From: Nitrososphaerales archaeon
GTDB taxonomy: Archaea > Thermoproteota > Nitrososphaeria > Nitrososphaerales > Gagatemarchaeaceae
Direction of reading: 5' to 3'
DNA: 64,000 nt
NCBI GenBank assembly: GCA_049515775.1
Contig: JBEKTS010000002.1
Span: 1 to 64,000 of the forward strand
Under the pieces are notes generated by a model. The model made no database searches. It saw only the letters and a list, made by a program, of their open reading frames with translations, and was not told where the DNA came from. Every line of letters starts with the position of its first letter. Position 1 is the first letter of the stretch. Made by a program: the position numbers and the translations under genes. This document shows, piece by piece, positions 1-9,760 of the stretch.

Positions 1-267
1 CATGACCGGTTTCAGCAGGTTGTCCAAGTCCTTCCTGGCCCTCGTGTCGGTCACGCCCTCCCCTCCCTTCCATAGCCGGAACTCGACGTCGATGCTCAGG
101 CGCTTCTCCCTGGCCCCCTGCCTGGCGGCCTCGACGGCCTCCCTCCCTGCGGCTCCGACGATGGCCTCGCCGAGCTCGGTCTTCACGTCCCTGTGCCCCT
201 TCCCGCTGCGCACCGTGTGGGGCTCGAACCGCTTCAACTCCACCGAGAAGATCGGCTGCTCGTCCAT
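1..267 (-). CDS. RusA-like Holliday-junction resolvase (N-terminal part; continues beyond window edge)
   Basis: Reverse-strand translation from ATG (plus 265-267) gives MDEQPIFSVELKRF...REKRLSIDVEFRLWKG...RKDLDNLLKPVM. The DLDNLLK motif preceded by a hydrophobic beta-strand (L.I.VEF) is the RusA family signature. The gene is truncated by the window boundary. Confidence 0.4.
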   Translation of the reverse strand, partial: MDEQPIFSVELKRFEPHTVRSGKGHRDVKTELGEAIVGAAGREAVEAARQGAREKRLSIDVEFRLWKGGEGVTDTRARKDLDNLLKPVM

Positions 268-424
268 GCCGCCCGACGCCGGACCCGCTAGTTAAGCTAG
301 GCCCCGAGAAACCTCCGAGAAAGGCCGGCACACCATCGTCGCACGTCGGGCGAGCCGGCAGGCCGCGCCGGTGGCACGGAAAAAGAAAGACTAAAGGGAA
401 CCGCGAGGAGCTGACGGGAACGAA

Positions 425-1867
425 TTGGAGCCCACCCTGCTCTCCTACGACAGAGGCACGATCGTCATCAGGGGCGACGTCAGGGTGCCCTACTCCAGCT
501 GGGACGGTCGGGTGCGGGCGTTCAGGGCCCCGGCCCTCTACTACCGGGAGATCGCCGAGTTCGTCGCCAGGAGCGGGATCTCGGGGGTGGGGGACACCGT
601 CCAGGACCTGCCTCCCCACCCGGCCCGCATGAGGTGCAGGACCGTCGCGATGAGGGGGTACCAGCAGAGGGCGCTCGAGTCGTGGGAGAGGGCGGGGAGG
701 CGCGGCGTGATAGTGCTGCCGACCGGGGCGGGGAAGACCGTGATAGCCCTGAAGGCGATCGAGCTCGTCAACGAGCCCGCGGTCGTCGTGGTCCCGACCC
801 TCGACCTGCTGGAGCAGTGGAGGAGGAGGGTCGAGGAGGAGCTCGGGATAGAGGCGGGCGCCTACGGTGGGGGCGAGAACACGGTGAAGGCCGTGACGCT
901 CTGCACCTACGACTCCGCCTACATCAGGGCGGCGGAGCTCGGCAACAGGTTCTCGCTGATCGTCTTCGACGAGGCCCACCACCTCCCGGGGGAGAGCTTC
1001 AGGCAGATAGCCGAGATGTTCACCGCCCCGTACAGGCTGGGCCTCACCGCCACCTACGAGAGGGAGGACATGCTCCACGAGGAGCTGCCCAGGCTGGTCG
1101 GGGGCGTGGTCTACAGGCTGAGGCCGGAGGACCTCGCCGGCAGGTACCTCTCCGACTTCCGGCTCGAGAAGGTGAGCGTGGACCTCACCCCGGACGAGAA
1201 GGCGGAGCACGACAGGAACTACGGGGCCTTCACGAGCTACCTCGAGGAGACCTCGACGCGCCTGGACTCTCCCGACGCCTTCCGGCGGTTCATCATGAGG
1301 ACCGCCACGGACCCCGCGGCGAGGCGGGCGCTCCTGGCGAGGAACAGGGCCCTCTCGATAGCCTTCAACTCCGAGGCGAAGCTCGACCGGCTCGAGGGGA
1401 TCCTTCGCACGAGCTCGGACGACGACAGGACGATCGTCTTCACCGAGCACAACGACCTCGTCTACAGGATATCGAGGAGGTTCCTGCTCCCCTTCATCAC
1501 GCACGCCACCGGCAAGGAGGAGAGGGAGGAGGTCCTGAGGGGCTTCAGGGAGGGGAAGTACCGGGCCGTCGTGACCTCGAAGGTGCTCGACGAGGGGATA
1601 GACGTCCCCGAGGCCTCGGTAGGGGTCATCGTGAGCGGGACGGGCAGCTCCAGGGAGTTCGTCCAGCGCCTGGGGCGGCTCCTGAGAAAGAGCGAGGGCA
1701 AGGGGCAGGCGAGGCTGATCGAGCTCGTCTCCCGGGGGACGGCCGAGACCAGGACGAGCAGCAGGAGGAAGAGGGCCAGGACGGAGGCCGCCGGCGGCGC
1801 CGAGGGCGGGGCTCGGGATGTCGATGGAGCCGCAGGCGACGACGGCGAGGGGACCACGGCGGCGTGA
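425..1867 (+). CDS. xpb: XPB/Rad25-type SF2 DNA repair helicase
   Basis: N-terminal damage-recognition domain (LSYDRGTIVIRGD), Walker A (LPTGAGKT), DEAH box (VFDEAHHL), motif VI (QRLGRLLR). TTG start. Confidence 0.9.
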   Translation: MEPTLLSYDRGTIVIRGDVRVPYSSWDGRVRAFRAPALYYREIAEFVARSGISGVGDTVQDLPPHPARMRCRTVAMRGYQQRALESWERAGRRGVIVLPTGAGKTVIALKAIELVNEPAVVVVPTLDLLEQWRRRVEEELGIEAGAYGGGENTVKAVTLCTYDSAYIRAAELGNRFSLIVFDEAHHLPGESFRQIAEMFTAPYRLGLTATYEREDMLHEELPRLVGGVVYRLRPEDLAGRYLSDFRLEKVSVDLTPDEKAEHDRNYGAFTSYLEETSTRLDSPDAFRRFIMRTATDPAARRALLARNRALSIAFNSEAKLDRLEGILRTSSDDDRTIVFTEHNDLVYRISRRFLLPFITHATGKEEREEVLRGFREGKYRAVVTSKVLDEGIDVPEASVGVIVSGTGSSREFVQRLGRLLRKSEGKGQARLIELVSRGTAETRTSSRRKRARTEAAGGAEGGARDVDGAAGDDGEGTTAA

Positions 1868-1889
1868 GAGGGAGGTCGCGACACCCTAG

Positions 1890-3512
1890 TTGCTCCCGTC
1901 GGAACTGCTGAGGGCGAGGGTCTCCCGAGGGAAGATACGGCCTGTCTTCGTCGCCCTCGACGGGGACGGGCTGGCGCTCGCGGAGCGTCTGACCCGCACC
2001 TTCGGGGAGGGGGTCGGCGCGCCCCGGGGGGCGCTCCTCGACAGGCTGCGGGAGATCGAGGGCGAGGGGCACGACTTCAAGCTTGTCAGGGGGCTCTCGA
2101 CCCTCCTCGAGAGGAGGGCGCTCTTCGAGGCCGAGAGCGGCGGCCTGGACCCGGCGACGGTGAGGAGCGCGGTCTTCAGGGAGGCGAGCCGCGCCAGGGC
2201 CCTGACGCCGGAGGAGAGGCGTGGGGTCCTCGGGAGGGTCGCGGGCGGGATGCGCGTCTCCCCGGAAGCGCTCGAGAGGGCGCTCTTCTGTGACGTCGAC
2301 GACGAGCTGGTCCTGAGGTCCTTCAGGCCGTTCTCGAGCTCCGAGACCCTTCTGCGGTACTACAACCTCTCCCTGACCCAGACGCTCCTGTTCAAGTCGC
2401 TCCGGGTCGAGTTCTCGGCCTCGGGGAACTGGAAGGGCATCCTCAGGGACGTGAAGAGGCTCGGCCTGATCTACTCCGTCGAGAGGGACGAGGCGAAGGG
2501 CGGTCGCTTCAGGGTCTCCATCGACGGCCCCCTCTCCCTCTTCAAGATGACCGAGAGGTACGGGACGTCCATCGCGAAGCTCCTCCCCCGGATCATCGCG
2601 TGCGACGAGTGGGACCTCAAGGCCGAGATACTCTCCAGGTCCAGGGGAAGGAAGGTCTACGAGTTCGAGGCCGAGAGCGGGGAGCTCGGGAGCCTCATGG
2701 TCGACGCCCGCTGGGAGGGAGAGGATGCGGCCCCCGCCGAACCCCTGTACGACAGCGGCACCGAGGAGAGGTTCGCCAGGTCGTTCGTCTCCTGCGGAAC
2801 GGGGTGGACGCTGACCAGGGAGCCGGACCCGCTCGTCGCCGGGACCCACGTGCTGATACCGGACTTTGTCCTGGAGAAGCACGGGACCAGGGTCTACCTG
2901 GAGGTGGTCGGGTTCTGGACGCCCGAGTACCTCGAGAGGAAGGTCGCGAAGCTGGGGGCCCTGGCCCCCGACATCGACATCGTAGTGGCCGCGGACGAGA
3001 GCCTCGCCTGCGCGAAGCTCGAGAGGCTGAAGCAGAGGAGAGGGGTCCTCGTGGTCTACTACAGGAGAGACGTCCCTCTCAAGCCGATAATCGAGCACCT
3101 CAGGGAGAGGGAGGCCTCGCTCTTCAGGCGGCAGGCGGAACGGCTCGCCGAGGGCGGAGGTCCCCCGATAGAGCTCCAGGGAGACATAGTCCGGATGCGA
3201 GACATCGCCGAGAAGAGGGGCGTCGCCGTGGCCTCGGTGAGGATGGCGCTCCGGGACCTCAGGCCAGAGGGGTACGCGAAGGTCGGGGAGAGCGCGTTCG
3301 TCTCGACCTCGAAGCTCGCGGAGGTCGCCGGGAAGCTGAGGGGGGTGGAGATGCTCACGGACGCCCTCGCGATCATCGAGGCCTCCGGCTTTGGTGCAGA
3401 CGAGGGGAACGAGGTTCTGGACGCGCTCGGCTACTCGTCGGTCTGGGAGGGGATGGACATGACCCGGGTCAGGATATCGAAGAGGGCGAGCGCGCCGTCG
3501 CCCGGACCGTGA
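1890..3512 (+). CDS. bax1: Bax1 nuclease (XPB partner, DUF790)
   Basis: 540-aa ORF immediately downstream of xpb on the same strand. Size and N-terminus (MLPSELLRARV) match the archaeal Bax1 family. The XPB-Bax1 operon arrangement is conserved in Archaea. Confidence 0.75.
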   Translation: MLPSELLRARVSRGKIRPVFVALDGDGLALAERLTRTFGEGVGAPRGALLDRLREIEGEGHDFKLVRGLSTLLERRALFEAESGGLDPATVRSAVFREASRARALTPEERRGVLGRVAGGMRVSPEALERALFCDVDDELVLRSFRPFSSSETLLRYYNLSLTQTLLFKSLRVEFSASGNWKGILRDVKRLGLIYSVERDEAKGGRFRVSIDGPLSLFKMTERYGTSIAKLLPRIIACDEWDLKAEILSRSRGRKVYEFEAESGELGSLMVDARWEGEDAAPAEPLYDSGTEERFARSFVSCGTGWTLTREPDPLVAGTHVLIPDFVLEKHGTRVYLEVVGFWTPEYLERKVAKLGALAPDIDIVVAADESLACAKLERLKQRRGVLVVYYRRDVPLKPIIEHLREREASLFRRQAERLAEGGGPPIELQGDIVRMRDIAEKRGVAVASVRMALRDLRPEGYAKVGESAFVSTSKLAEVAGKLRGVEMLTDALAIIEASGFGADEGNEVLDALGYSSVWEGMDMTRVRISKRASAPSPGP

Positions 3513-3619
3513 GGCGGAGCGACCGGCCACCACCACCACCACCATCGCGGTCGTCCGCCCGCCGAACGCTTAACCTAACGATTAAATATAATGCGCCCCC
3601 TCTCCGTCCGGCGGGCTAG

Positions 3620-4087
3620 TTGTCTACGGGGACGGACTCGATGGCTGCGGCGGGGTCTTCGCGCCGACGCGCTCTGAGGCCCAGGCGCTCGGGCAGGTCG
3701 TTCTCCGGGCGAGCCTCCGGGCCCTCCCTTCGAGGCCGGTCCAGAGGGACCGGCTCGGCGAGCCTCGACCTGGTCTTCTCGGCGCTCTCCAGCCCGACGC
3801 GACGCGCGATCCTGGACATGCTCTCCAGGGGCGAGTCGTCGGTGGGCGAGCTCGCCAAGCCCTTCGAGATGTCCCTCCCAGCGATCTCGAAGCACCTGAG
3901 CGTGCTCGAGAAGGCGCAGGTCATCAGCAAGGTGAAGGACGGGAGGGTCTACCTCTGCCGCATAGAGACGGCCCCGCTGCAGAGGGCGGCCGACTGGATC
4001 AACGGCTACGGCCAGCTCTGGCAGAGACAGCTCGACTCTCTCTCGGGGTTCCTCGAGAGAGAGGAAGAGGAAGGAGAGGAGGGCTGA
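3620..4087 (+). CDS. ArsR/SmtB-family transcriptional regulator
   Basis: HTH arsR-type core: SSPTRRAILDMLSRGESSVGELAKPFEMSLPAISKHLSVLEKAQVI. The Arg-rich N-terminal tail leaves the start uncertain. TATA-like gattaaatataatg lies upstream. Confidence 0.75.
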   Translation: MSTGTDSMAAAGSSRRRALRPRRSGRSFSGRASGPSLRGRSRGTGSASLDLVFSALSSPTRRAILDMLSRGESSVGELAKPFEMSLPAISKHLSVLEKAQVISKVKDGRVYLCRIETAPLQRAADWINGYGQLWQRQLDSLSGFLEREEEEGEEG

Positions 4088-4091
4088 GGCG

Positions 4092-4547
4092 ATGACCCAG
4101 GTCGACCCCGATTCCCTGAGGGTCAGCAAGGTCGTCCCCGGACGGAAGGAGCGCGTCTTCAGCGCGTGGACGGACCCTGCGAAGCTGAAGAAGTGGTGGA
4201 CGATAGGGGAGGGATGGACGACCTCCTTCGCCGAGGTCGACCTGAAGGTCGGAGGCCGGTTCAGCCTGGGGAACGAGCAGGCGGGCGGCGCCAAGCTCGT
4301 CATCACCGGTGAGTTCCTGGTCGTCGAGCCGAACGACAGGCTGGTCTACACCTGGCGGTTCCCGGGGGAGCCGCCTCAGCAGAGCGTCGTCACCGTGGAG
4401 TTCAAGGGGATGGGGGACGCGACCGAGGTCGTGGTCACCCACGAGCAGGCGATGAAGATCATGGGGCCGGAAGCGGTCGCGGGGTGGAACGCGATCCTGC
4501 GGAGCCTGGCCCTGTGGTCGTCTCGCGCCGGTCCATCAGACGACTGA
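4092..4547 (+). CDS. SRPBCC / AHSA1 (Aha1) domain protein
   Basis: The pairing with an upstream ArsR regulator is typical. Sequence SAWTDPAKLKKWW...FLVVEPNDRLVYTW matches Activator-of-Hsp90-ATPase-like SRPBCC proteins. Confidence 0.7.
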   Translation: MTQVDPDSLRVSKVVPGRKERVFSAWTDPAKLKKWWTIGEGWTTSFAEVDLKVGGRFSLGNEQAGGAKLVITGEFLVVEPNDRLVYTWRFPGEPPQQSVVTVEFKGMGDATEVVVTHEQAMKIMGPEAVAGWNAILRSLALWSSRAGPSDD

Positions 4548-4703
4548 CGGGAGCCCGGCCAGTCGTCCGCGGCCCGGTCGCGCGAGACGCTCTCTCTATG
4601 GAGATCCCAGGCGGGGCCGTCCCCCGGCGGGGGCCGCGACTAACATCCGGTGACCATCCCAAGTGCACTGACTATTAATCCAAAACGCCTGGATTCCACG
4701 TCC

Positions 4704-5720
4704 ATGAATTCAACTACGGTGAAGGCAATCGAGGCGGTCTCCCTGACTAAGGTCTATCCTCCCGCCACAAGAGCCGTCGACGGGGTCACCTTCTCCGTCG
4801 ACGAGGGCGAGGTCTTCGGGCTCCTCGGCCCGAACGGCGCCGGCAAGACGACCATCATGAGGATCCTCTCGACGCTCGCCTCCGTCACCGGGGGCGAGGC
4901 GACCGTGGCGGGCCACGACGTGAGCACCGACCCGGCAGGAGTGCGGTCGGTCATAGGCGTGGTCCCGCAGGGGGTGACGCTCGACGACGAGCTGAAGGGG
5001 ATCGAGAACCTGATGCTCTCGGCGAAGCTCCACCACGTGCCTAAGGGGGTCGCGCTGGAGCGCGCCGGACAGCTCCTGCGCCTGGTCGAGCTGGAGGACG
5101 CCGCCGACAAGCGGGTGCGCACCTACTCGGGGGGGATGAAGAGGCGGCTGCAGCTCACAACGGCCCTGATCAACGACCCTCGCATCCTCTTCCTCGACGA
5201 GCCCACGGTGGGGCTCGACATCCAGACCCGGACGAAGATCTGGGACTACCTGCGGCGGCTGAGCCGCGACGGCCTGACCGTCTTCATGACGACGCACTAC
5301 CTTGAGGAGGCGGACTCCCTCTGCGACCGGATAGCCATCATGGACCACGGCCGGATCGTGGTCTCGGGTACCCCGGCCGAGCTGAAGGAAGGCCTGCACG
5401 GAGACGTGCTCACCATCGAGATCGCCGAAGGCGGCAGAGACATCACGGGCTTCCTGGCCGGGCTCGACGGGGTCTCCGGGGTGACCCGGACGGACGGCTC
5501 CTACAGGCTGAAGCTGCCCATGGTCGAGACGGCGCTCCCGCGCATCCTGGCCTCCATAGCGGAGGAGGGGCTGAGGATCACCGGCACCTCCTTCACCAAG
5601 CCCACGCTGGACCAGGTCTTCCTCGAGGTCACCGGCAGGTCGATGAGGGACGCGGAGGAGCCCGGGTCCGGCGGCCGTGCTCCCGAAAACCCCGGGGTCG
5701 TGGAGGCGGTCGCCGCATGA
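4704..5720 (+). CDS. ABC transporter ATP-binding protein (ABC-2 type)
   Basis: Walker A GPNGAGKTT, signature YSGGMKRRL, Walker B ILFLDEPT. A start at ATG 4704 is preferred over the track start 4650, because 4650-4700 is AT-richer and promoter-like. Confidence 0.85.
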   Translation: MNSTTVKAIEAVSLTKVYPPATRAVDGVTFSVDEGEVFGLLGPNGAGKTTIMRILSTLASVTGGEATVAGHDVSTDPAGVRSVIGVVPQGVTLDDELKGIENLMLSAKLHHVPKGVALERAGQLLRLVELEDAADKRVRTYSGGMKRRLQLTTALINDPRILFLDEPTVGLDIQTRTKIWDYLRRLSRDGLTVFMTTHYLEEADSLCDRIAIMDHGRIVVSGTPAELKEGLHGDVLTIEIAEGGRDITGFLAGLDGVSGVTRTDGSYRLKLPMVETALPRILASIAEEGLRITGTSFTKPTLDQVFLEVTGRSMRDAEEPGSGGRAPENPGVVEAVAA

Positions 5721-6556
5721 TATCCGAGAGCCTCGCCCTCGGGCAGAGGGCAATAATCAAGTGGCTACGCAACCCGTTCGCGGTAGTCGCGGCCCTGATC
5801 CAGGCGATATTCTGGCTGGTCCTCTTCGGCAACTCCTTCAACCCCGCCAACGCGCTACCGTCCGCCGTCGCTGCCACCGGCGGGTCTCTGGGGATCCTCC
5901 AGCAGACCTTCGGAGGCGCGGTCAACTACATCACCTTCCTCACGCCGGGGGTGATAGGGATCGTATCCCTCACCACGATGAGCTTCATGGGCGTCGACGT
6001 CGTGCTGGACCGGATGAACGGGTTCACCGACACCCTCAGCACCTATCCCATCCCCCGGACCTCGATCTACTTCGGGGCGGTCATCCAGAACATGGTGAAG
6101 GCGATGGCGACCGCCGTGATCACCTTCGCCCTGGCGCTGCTGGTCCCCGACGGCCTGAGGCTGGCGGGTGGCTTCGGCGCCGCCGACCTCCTCGGCGTCC
6201 TCCTGGTCTTCGTGCTCCTCGCGGCGGTCTTCTCGGGGCTCTTCACCGGCATCGCGGTCTCCGTCAAGTCCACCGACAGCTTCTTCGCGCTCGTCAACTT
6301 CCTCACCTTCCCGATCATGTTCACGAGCACGGCCCTCTTCCCGATCGGCTTCTTCCCCGGCTGGATGAAGCCCATCGCGGAGGCGAACCCGGTCTCGCTC
6401 TCCAGCGATGCGGCGAGGCTCCTCATAGTCAACGGGCCGCTCTCGTCCTCGCAGGTCTCCGCCTTCGCGGGAGACGTCGCTGGCCTCGTCCTCTACGGGG
6501 TCCTCTTCGCCGCGCTCGGGATCGCGATGGCGACGCGCGCCCTGAGGGCCAGGTAA
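5717..6556 (+). CDS. ABC-2 family transporter permease
   Basis: ATGA start/stop overlap with the ATPase gene. About 6 predicted TM helices. Confidence 0.8.
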   Translation: MISESLALGQRAIIKWLRNPFAVVAALIQAIFWLVLFGNSFNPANALPSAVAATGGSLGILQQTFGGAVNYITFLTPGVIGIVSLTTMSFMGVDVVLDRMNGFTDTLSTYPIPRTSIYFGAVIQNMVKAMATAVITFALALLVPDGLRLAGGFGAADLLGVLLVFVLLAAVFSGLFTGIAVSVKSTDSFFALVNFLTFPIMFTSTALFPIGFFPGWMKPIAEANPVSLSSDAARLLIVNGPLSSSQVSAFAGDVAGLVLYGVLFAALGIAMATRALRAR

Positions 6557-6653
6557 GAGAGGAGGCGATGGAGAAGATGACCATGCTCGAGCACGGTCCG
6601 GCGGAGGCGGCCGGACCAACCTTTTACGTGACGGAGGGGGCGGGTGAGCAACC

Positions 6654-7895
6654 ATGACCGACTGCGAGGTCAGGGCGGGGACGACGGCGACGCTCGGCAC
6701 CGTCGAGGGGGAGCTGAGGGCGGGCCGCAACGTCACGATAAGGGCCCAGTCCGGCGGGAGGGTGGTGGTCACCGGCGGAGCGACCTTCGAGGGGGCCGCC
6801 GCCATAGGCTGCGACTTCGAGTGCAGGTCGATGCGGGTGGAGGGCCGCGGCTACGGCCCCGGAGGCGACGTCGCGGTCAGGGGCGACCTGACCGTCCACG
6901 AGCGCGCCGACATCAACGCCTCGACGCGGGTCGCCGGGGATGTGCGGGCGGACGATCTGGACGTCGGAGGGCACTTCCGGTCGCGCTCGCTCACGGCCAG
7001 ACGGGCACGCGTCGGCGGCCACATGACCGTTGAGGGCGCCCTCAAGGCCGAGTCGGTCGACGTCGGCGGCCACGCGAAGGTCGGCGGAGCGGTCGACCTG
7101 GTCAACCTGCGCGTCGGCGGCCACGCCGAGATAGGCGGGGGGAAGATCACGGGCGAGATCAAGGTCAGGGGGCACCTCCGGACCTCGAAGGAGCTCAGCT
7201 TCGGCGAGGTGGAGGTCTTCGGCAGCCTGAGGCTCCCCGCCGGCAGCGGAGGCCACCGGCTCAAGGCGATAGGGACGGTGGAGTTCGAGGGCGACGCCCG
7301 CTGCGACGAGCTCGAGGTCAGCGGGACGGCCCGGGTGAGGGGCGACCTGGCGGCCGAGTCGATCGAGGTGAGGGGCAGGCTCAGCGTCTCGGGGTCGATC
7401 AGGGTCGTCAAGAAGCTCAGGGTCTACGGGACCGTCGATGCGACCGGCGCGATTCAGTGCGAGACGCTGGGGGTCCTCGGCAGGCTCACCGCGGAGCACG
7501 TCACGGCCGCAGGGCACGTCGACATAGCCGGCGAGGTGAACACGGCCGCAGGCCTGAAGGCCGGGTCGGTGCTGGTCGGCAGGAGCTCCAGGGTGACGGG
7601 CCCGCTGGTCGGGGGCGAGGTCGAGGTCGGTCGCGAGACGGACTTCGGCAGCATGTGGGGGCTGCCCTGGTGGAGGAGCGCGGTGGGAGGGACGACCAGG
7701 GTCGAGGACCTCTACGGAACGACCGTCCGCATCTGGCCCAACTCGTCCGTCGGGCGCGTCTTCGGCGAGGTCGTCGAGCTGCGAGAGGGCACCGTCGCCC
7801 GCCGGATCACGTACACGAGCGACCTCAAGCTCTCGGGCGGGCGCGTCCACGACCCCCCGGTGAAGGCTGAGAAGCTGCCGGACCCACCGCTCTAG
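6654..7895 (+). CDS. Polymer-forming cytoskeletal (bactofilin/CcmA-like) repeat protein
   Basis: Periodic roughly 20-aa beta-helix repeats (VGGH..., GDVR.DDL.VGGH, VRG.L) across the whole protein, as in bactofilin-domain proteins. Confidence 0.6.
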   Translation: MTDCEVRAGTTATLGTVEGELRAGRNVTIRAQSGGRVVVTGGATFEGAAAIGCDFECRSMRVEGRGYGPGGDVAVRGDLTVHERADINASTRVAGDVRADDLDVGGHFRSRSLTARRARVGGHMTVEGALKAESVDVGGHAKVGGAVDLVNLRVGGHAEIGGGKITGEIKVRGHLRTSKELSFGEVEVFGSLRLPAGSGGHRLKAIGTVEFEGDARCDELEVSGTARVRGDLAAESIEVRGRLSVSGSIRVVKKLRVYGTVDATGAIQCETLGVLGRLTAEHVTAAGHVDIAGEVNTAAGLKAGSVLVGRSSRVTGPLVGGEVEVGRETDFGSMWGLPWWRSAVGGTTRVEDLYGTTVRIWPNSSVGRVFGEVVELREGTVARRITYTSDLKLSGGRVHDPPVKAEKLPDPPL

Positions 7896-7911
7896 GGGTG
7901 CTGGCCGAAGC

Positions 7912-8199
7912 ATGGGTCGAAGGACCTCGAAGCGGTCGAAGATGGAGCTCTACGCCCAGATACTGGAGGTGATCACCCACTACCCCGAGGGCATCCGGAT
8001 AACCAGGCTCTCCTACGGGGTCGGGGTGCCGGTCGACAGGCTGAAGGTCCTGGTCGAGAGGCTCTGCTCCTACGGCCTCGCCCGGATGTCGCCGGGCGAG
8101 GAGGCATCGGAGAAGTACTACGGGGTCACGCCGAGAGGGCTCGAGTTCCTCGACATCTACTTCAGGATGAAGGTCTTCCTCGACCAGCTCGGCGGATGA
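7912..8199 (+). CDS. Small winged-helix DNA-binding protein
   Basis: 95 aa. LYAQILEVITHYPEGIRITRLSYGVGVPVDRLKVLVERLCSYGLA is a wHTH pattern. ATGA overlap with the downstream UDG gene. Confidence 0.5.
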   Translation: MGRRTSKRSKMELYAQILEVITHYPEGIRITRLSYGVGVPVDRLKVLVERLCSYGLARMSPGEEASEKYYGVTPRGLEFLDIYFRMKVFLDQLGG

Positions 8200-8978
8200 G
8201 CCCCCCTCTCGCTCCCTCCCGGGCCTCGCTGGCGGCGCAGCGACGAACGCTTATGCCCGACCTTCGCCCCGGTCGTCGCGGGATGTCCGGAGCGAAGGCG
8301 ACGGAGCTCGAGAGGCTCGAGAGGGAGGTGGTGGACTGCCGTCTCTGTCCCAGGCTCGTGCGGTACAGGGAGACCGTCCCGCCCAGGGCCGCTTTCAGGT
8401 CCCAGGAGTACTGGAGGAAGCCCGTTCCGGGGTTCGGAGACCCGCGCGCGTGGCTGATGGTCCTGGGCCTGGCGCCCTCGGCCCATGGCGGCAACAGGAC
8501 CGGGCGCGTCTTCACGGGAGACGAGTCGGGGAGGTTCCTCGTGCGCGCGCTGTACGAGACCGGGTTCGCAAACCAGCCCACCTCGCTCTCGAGGGGCGAC
8601 GGGCTTCGCCTCGAAGGGTGCTTCATTGGGGCCGCGGCGAGGTGCGCGCCTCCCGACAACCGGCCTACCCCGGCCGAGTTCGATCGCTGCAGGCCATACC
8701 TGGAGCGCGAGCTCGAGCTGCTCTCCGGCCTCCGGGCCGTCGTCGCGCTGGGCCAGGCGGCCTTCGGCGCCTACGTGGACCTCGCCAGGAGGAGGGGCGC
8801 CAGGGTCGGGAGCGGAGGCTTCGCGCACGGAGCCCGCATACGCATCGACGGGATGCCGTGGCTCTACTGCTCGTATCACCCGAGCCCGCAGAACACCTAC
8901 ACGGGCAGGCTCACGGCGGAGATGCTCAACGGCGTATTCGAGGCGGCGAAGGCAGACCGCCCGGCCGATCGGGCGTGA
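8196..8978 (+). CDS. Uracil-DNA glycosylase, family 4/5 (UdgB-like)
   Basis: Motif A GLAPSAHGGNRTGRVFTGD and motif B CSYHPSPQN. The CRLCPRL cysteine cluster is typical of Fe-S UDGs. Confidence 0.8.
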   Translation: MSPPLAPSRASLAAQRRTLMPDLRPGRRGMSGAKATELERLEREVVDCRLCPRLVRYRETVPPRAAFRSQEYWRKPVPGFGDPRAWLMVLGLAPSAHGGNRTGRVFTGDESGRFLVRALYETGFANQPTSLSRGDGLRLEGCFIGAAARCAPPDNRPTPAEFDRCRPYLERELELLSGLRAVVALGQAAFGAYVDLARRRGARVGSGGFAHGARIRIDGMPWLYCSYHPSPQNTYTGRLTAEMLNGVFEAAKADRPADRA

Positions 8979-9003
8979 TCCGTCGGCGTCCCGTACTCCA
9001 CGC

Positions 9004-9615
9004 TCATCCCTCGATCAGTTCCCTGAGAAGGCGCCGCTCGGCCCTCCTCCTGTGGTTGACGAGCGTGGAGCTCCCGATCCTCAGCCTCCTCGCGAGCTCC
9101 TGGGAGCTTATCCGCCTGGGCTCGTCGTAGTAGCCGAGCCTGTAGGCGGAGACCAGCACCCTCCTCTGCTTCTCCGTGAGCCTGCTCAGAGGGGAGTCGT
9201 GGGAGAACTTGGCGTCCGTGACCTTGGCCACCCTGTACCTCACCCCTGCCTTCTCGACGCCCTCCAGGAACCCCCTGACCTGCCTTCCGCTGCCGAGGTA
9301 GGTCATCCTCGCCCTCCCGTCCTTTATCTCGAACGGGATCGAGAGGTATCCTCCCGCTGAGAAGGGGTCGAACCGGGCCGCCTCGACCGCCATCGGCTTG
9401 CTCTTGATGAAGTACGTGTACGTCCCCGCCCCCTCGTCCTCGAGCATCTGGATCTCGAGTATGTCGTCGGCGATGTAGTCCTCGATCCTCGTGGCCGGGT
9501 CCTCGAACTCGATCCTGAAGATGGCGGCGAACTCCTCGGGACCGTCCTTCAGGAACTGGAGTATCTCGAGGCTCTTGATCTTCTCCAGTATCGGGTTGTC
9601 CTCGAACTTGCTCAT
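9004..9615 (-). CDS. HTH_10 (Bat-type) helix-turn-helix domain protein
   Basis: C-terminal LTEKQRRVLVSAYRLGYYDEPRRISSQELARRLRIGSSTLVNHRRRAERRLL. Start placed at MSKFEDNP (9615). The longer track ORF (to 10104) would run antisense across the MFS gene start and is rejected. Confidence 0.7.
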   Translation of the reverse strand: MSKFEDNPILEKIKSLEILQFLKDGPEEFAAIFRIEFEDPATRIEDYIADDILEIQMLEDEGAGTYTYFIKSKPMAVEAARFDPFSAGGYLSIPFEIKDGRARMTYLGSGRQVRGFLEGVEKAGVRYRVAKVTDAKFSHDSPLSRLTEKQRRVLVSAYRLGYYDEPRRISSQELARRLRIGSSTLVNHRRRAERRLLRELIEG

Positions 9616-9760
9616 CTCCTTGAGGTCGAGCTCTATGGTCAGCCTGCGCACGCCTCTCTCTCCTTCTCTCTCCCGCTCCCTCGCCCCGTATATCCGTCTT
9701 TGGCTATTGGCGCGTATGCGCGCTACAAGGCTAATCTTGGCAGCCCCTTGGCGGTCCATC

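Noticed and set aside
1626-3545. 639-aa minus-strand ORF (and 634-1911 plus-strand alternative-frame ORF) over xpb/bax1
   Set aside because: Arg/Pro/Gly-rich low-complexity translation typical of an antisense or off-frame reading in GC-rich DNA. The xpb and bax1 frames carry clear helicase and nuclease motifs.
4710-5753. 347-aa minus-strand ORF antisense to the ABC ATPase
   Set aside because: No motifs and an RPG-rich composition. The sense strand encodes a canonical ABC ATPase.
6624-7913. 429-aa minus-strand ORF antisense to the bactofilin-like gene
   Set aside because: Low-complexity antisense artefact. The sense strand shows periodic repeats.
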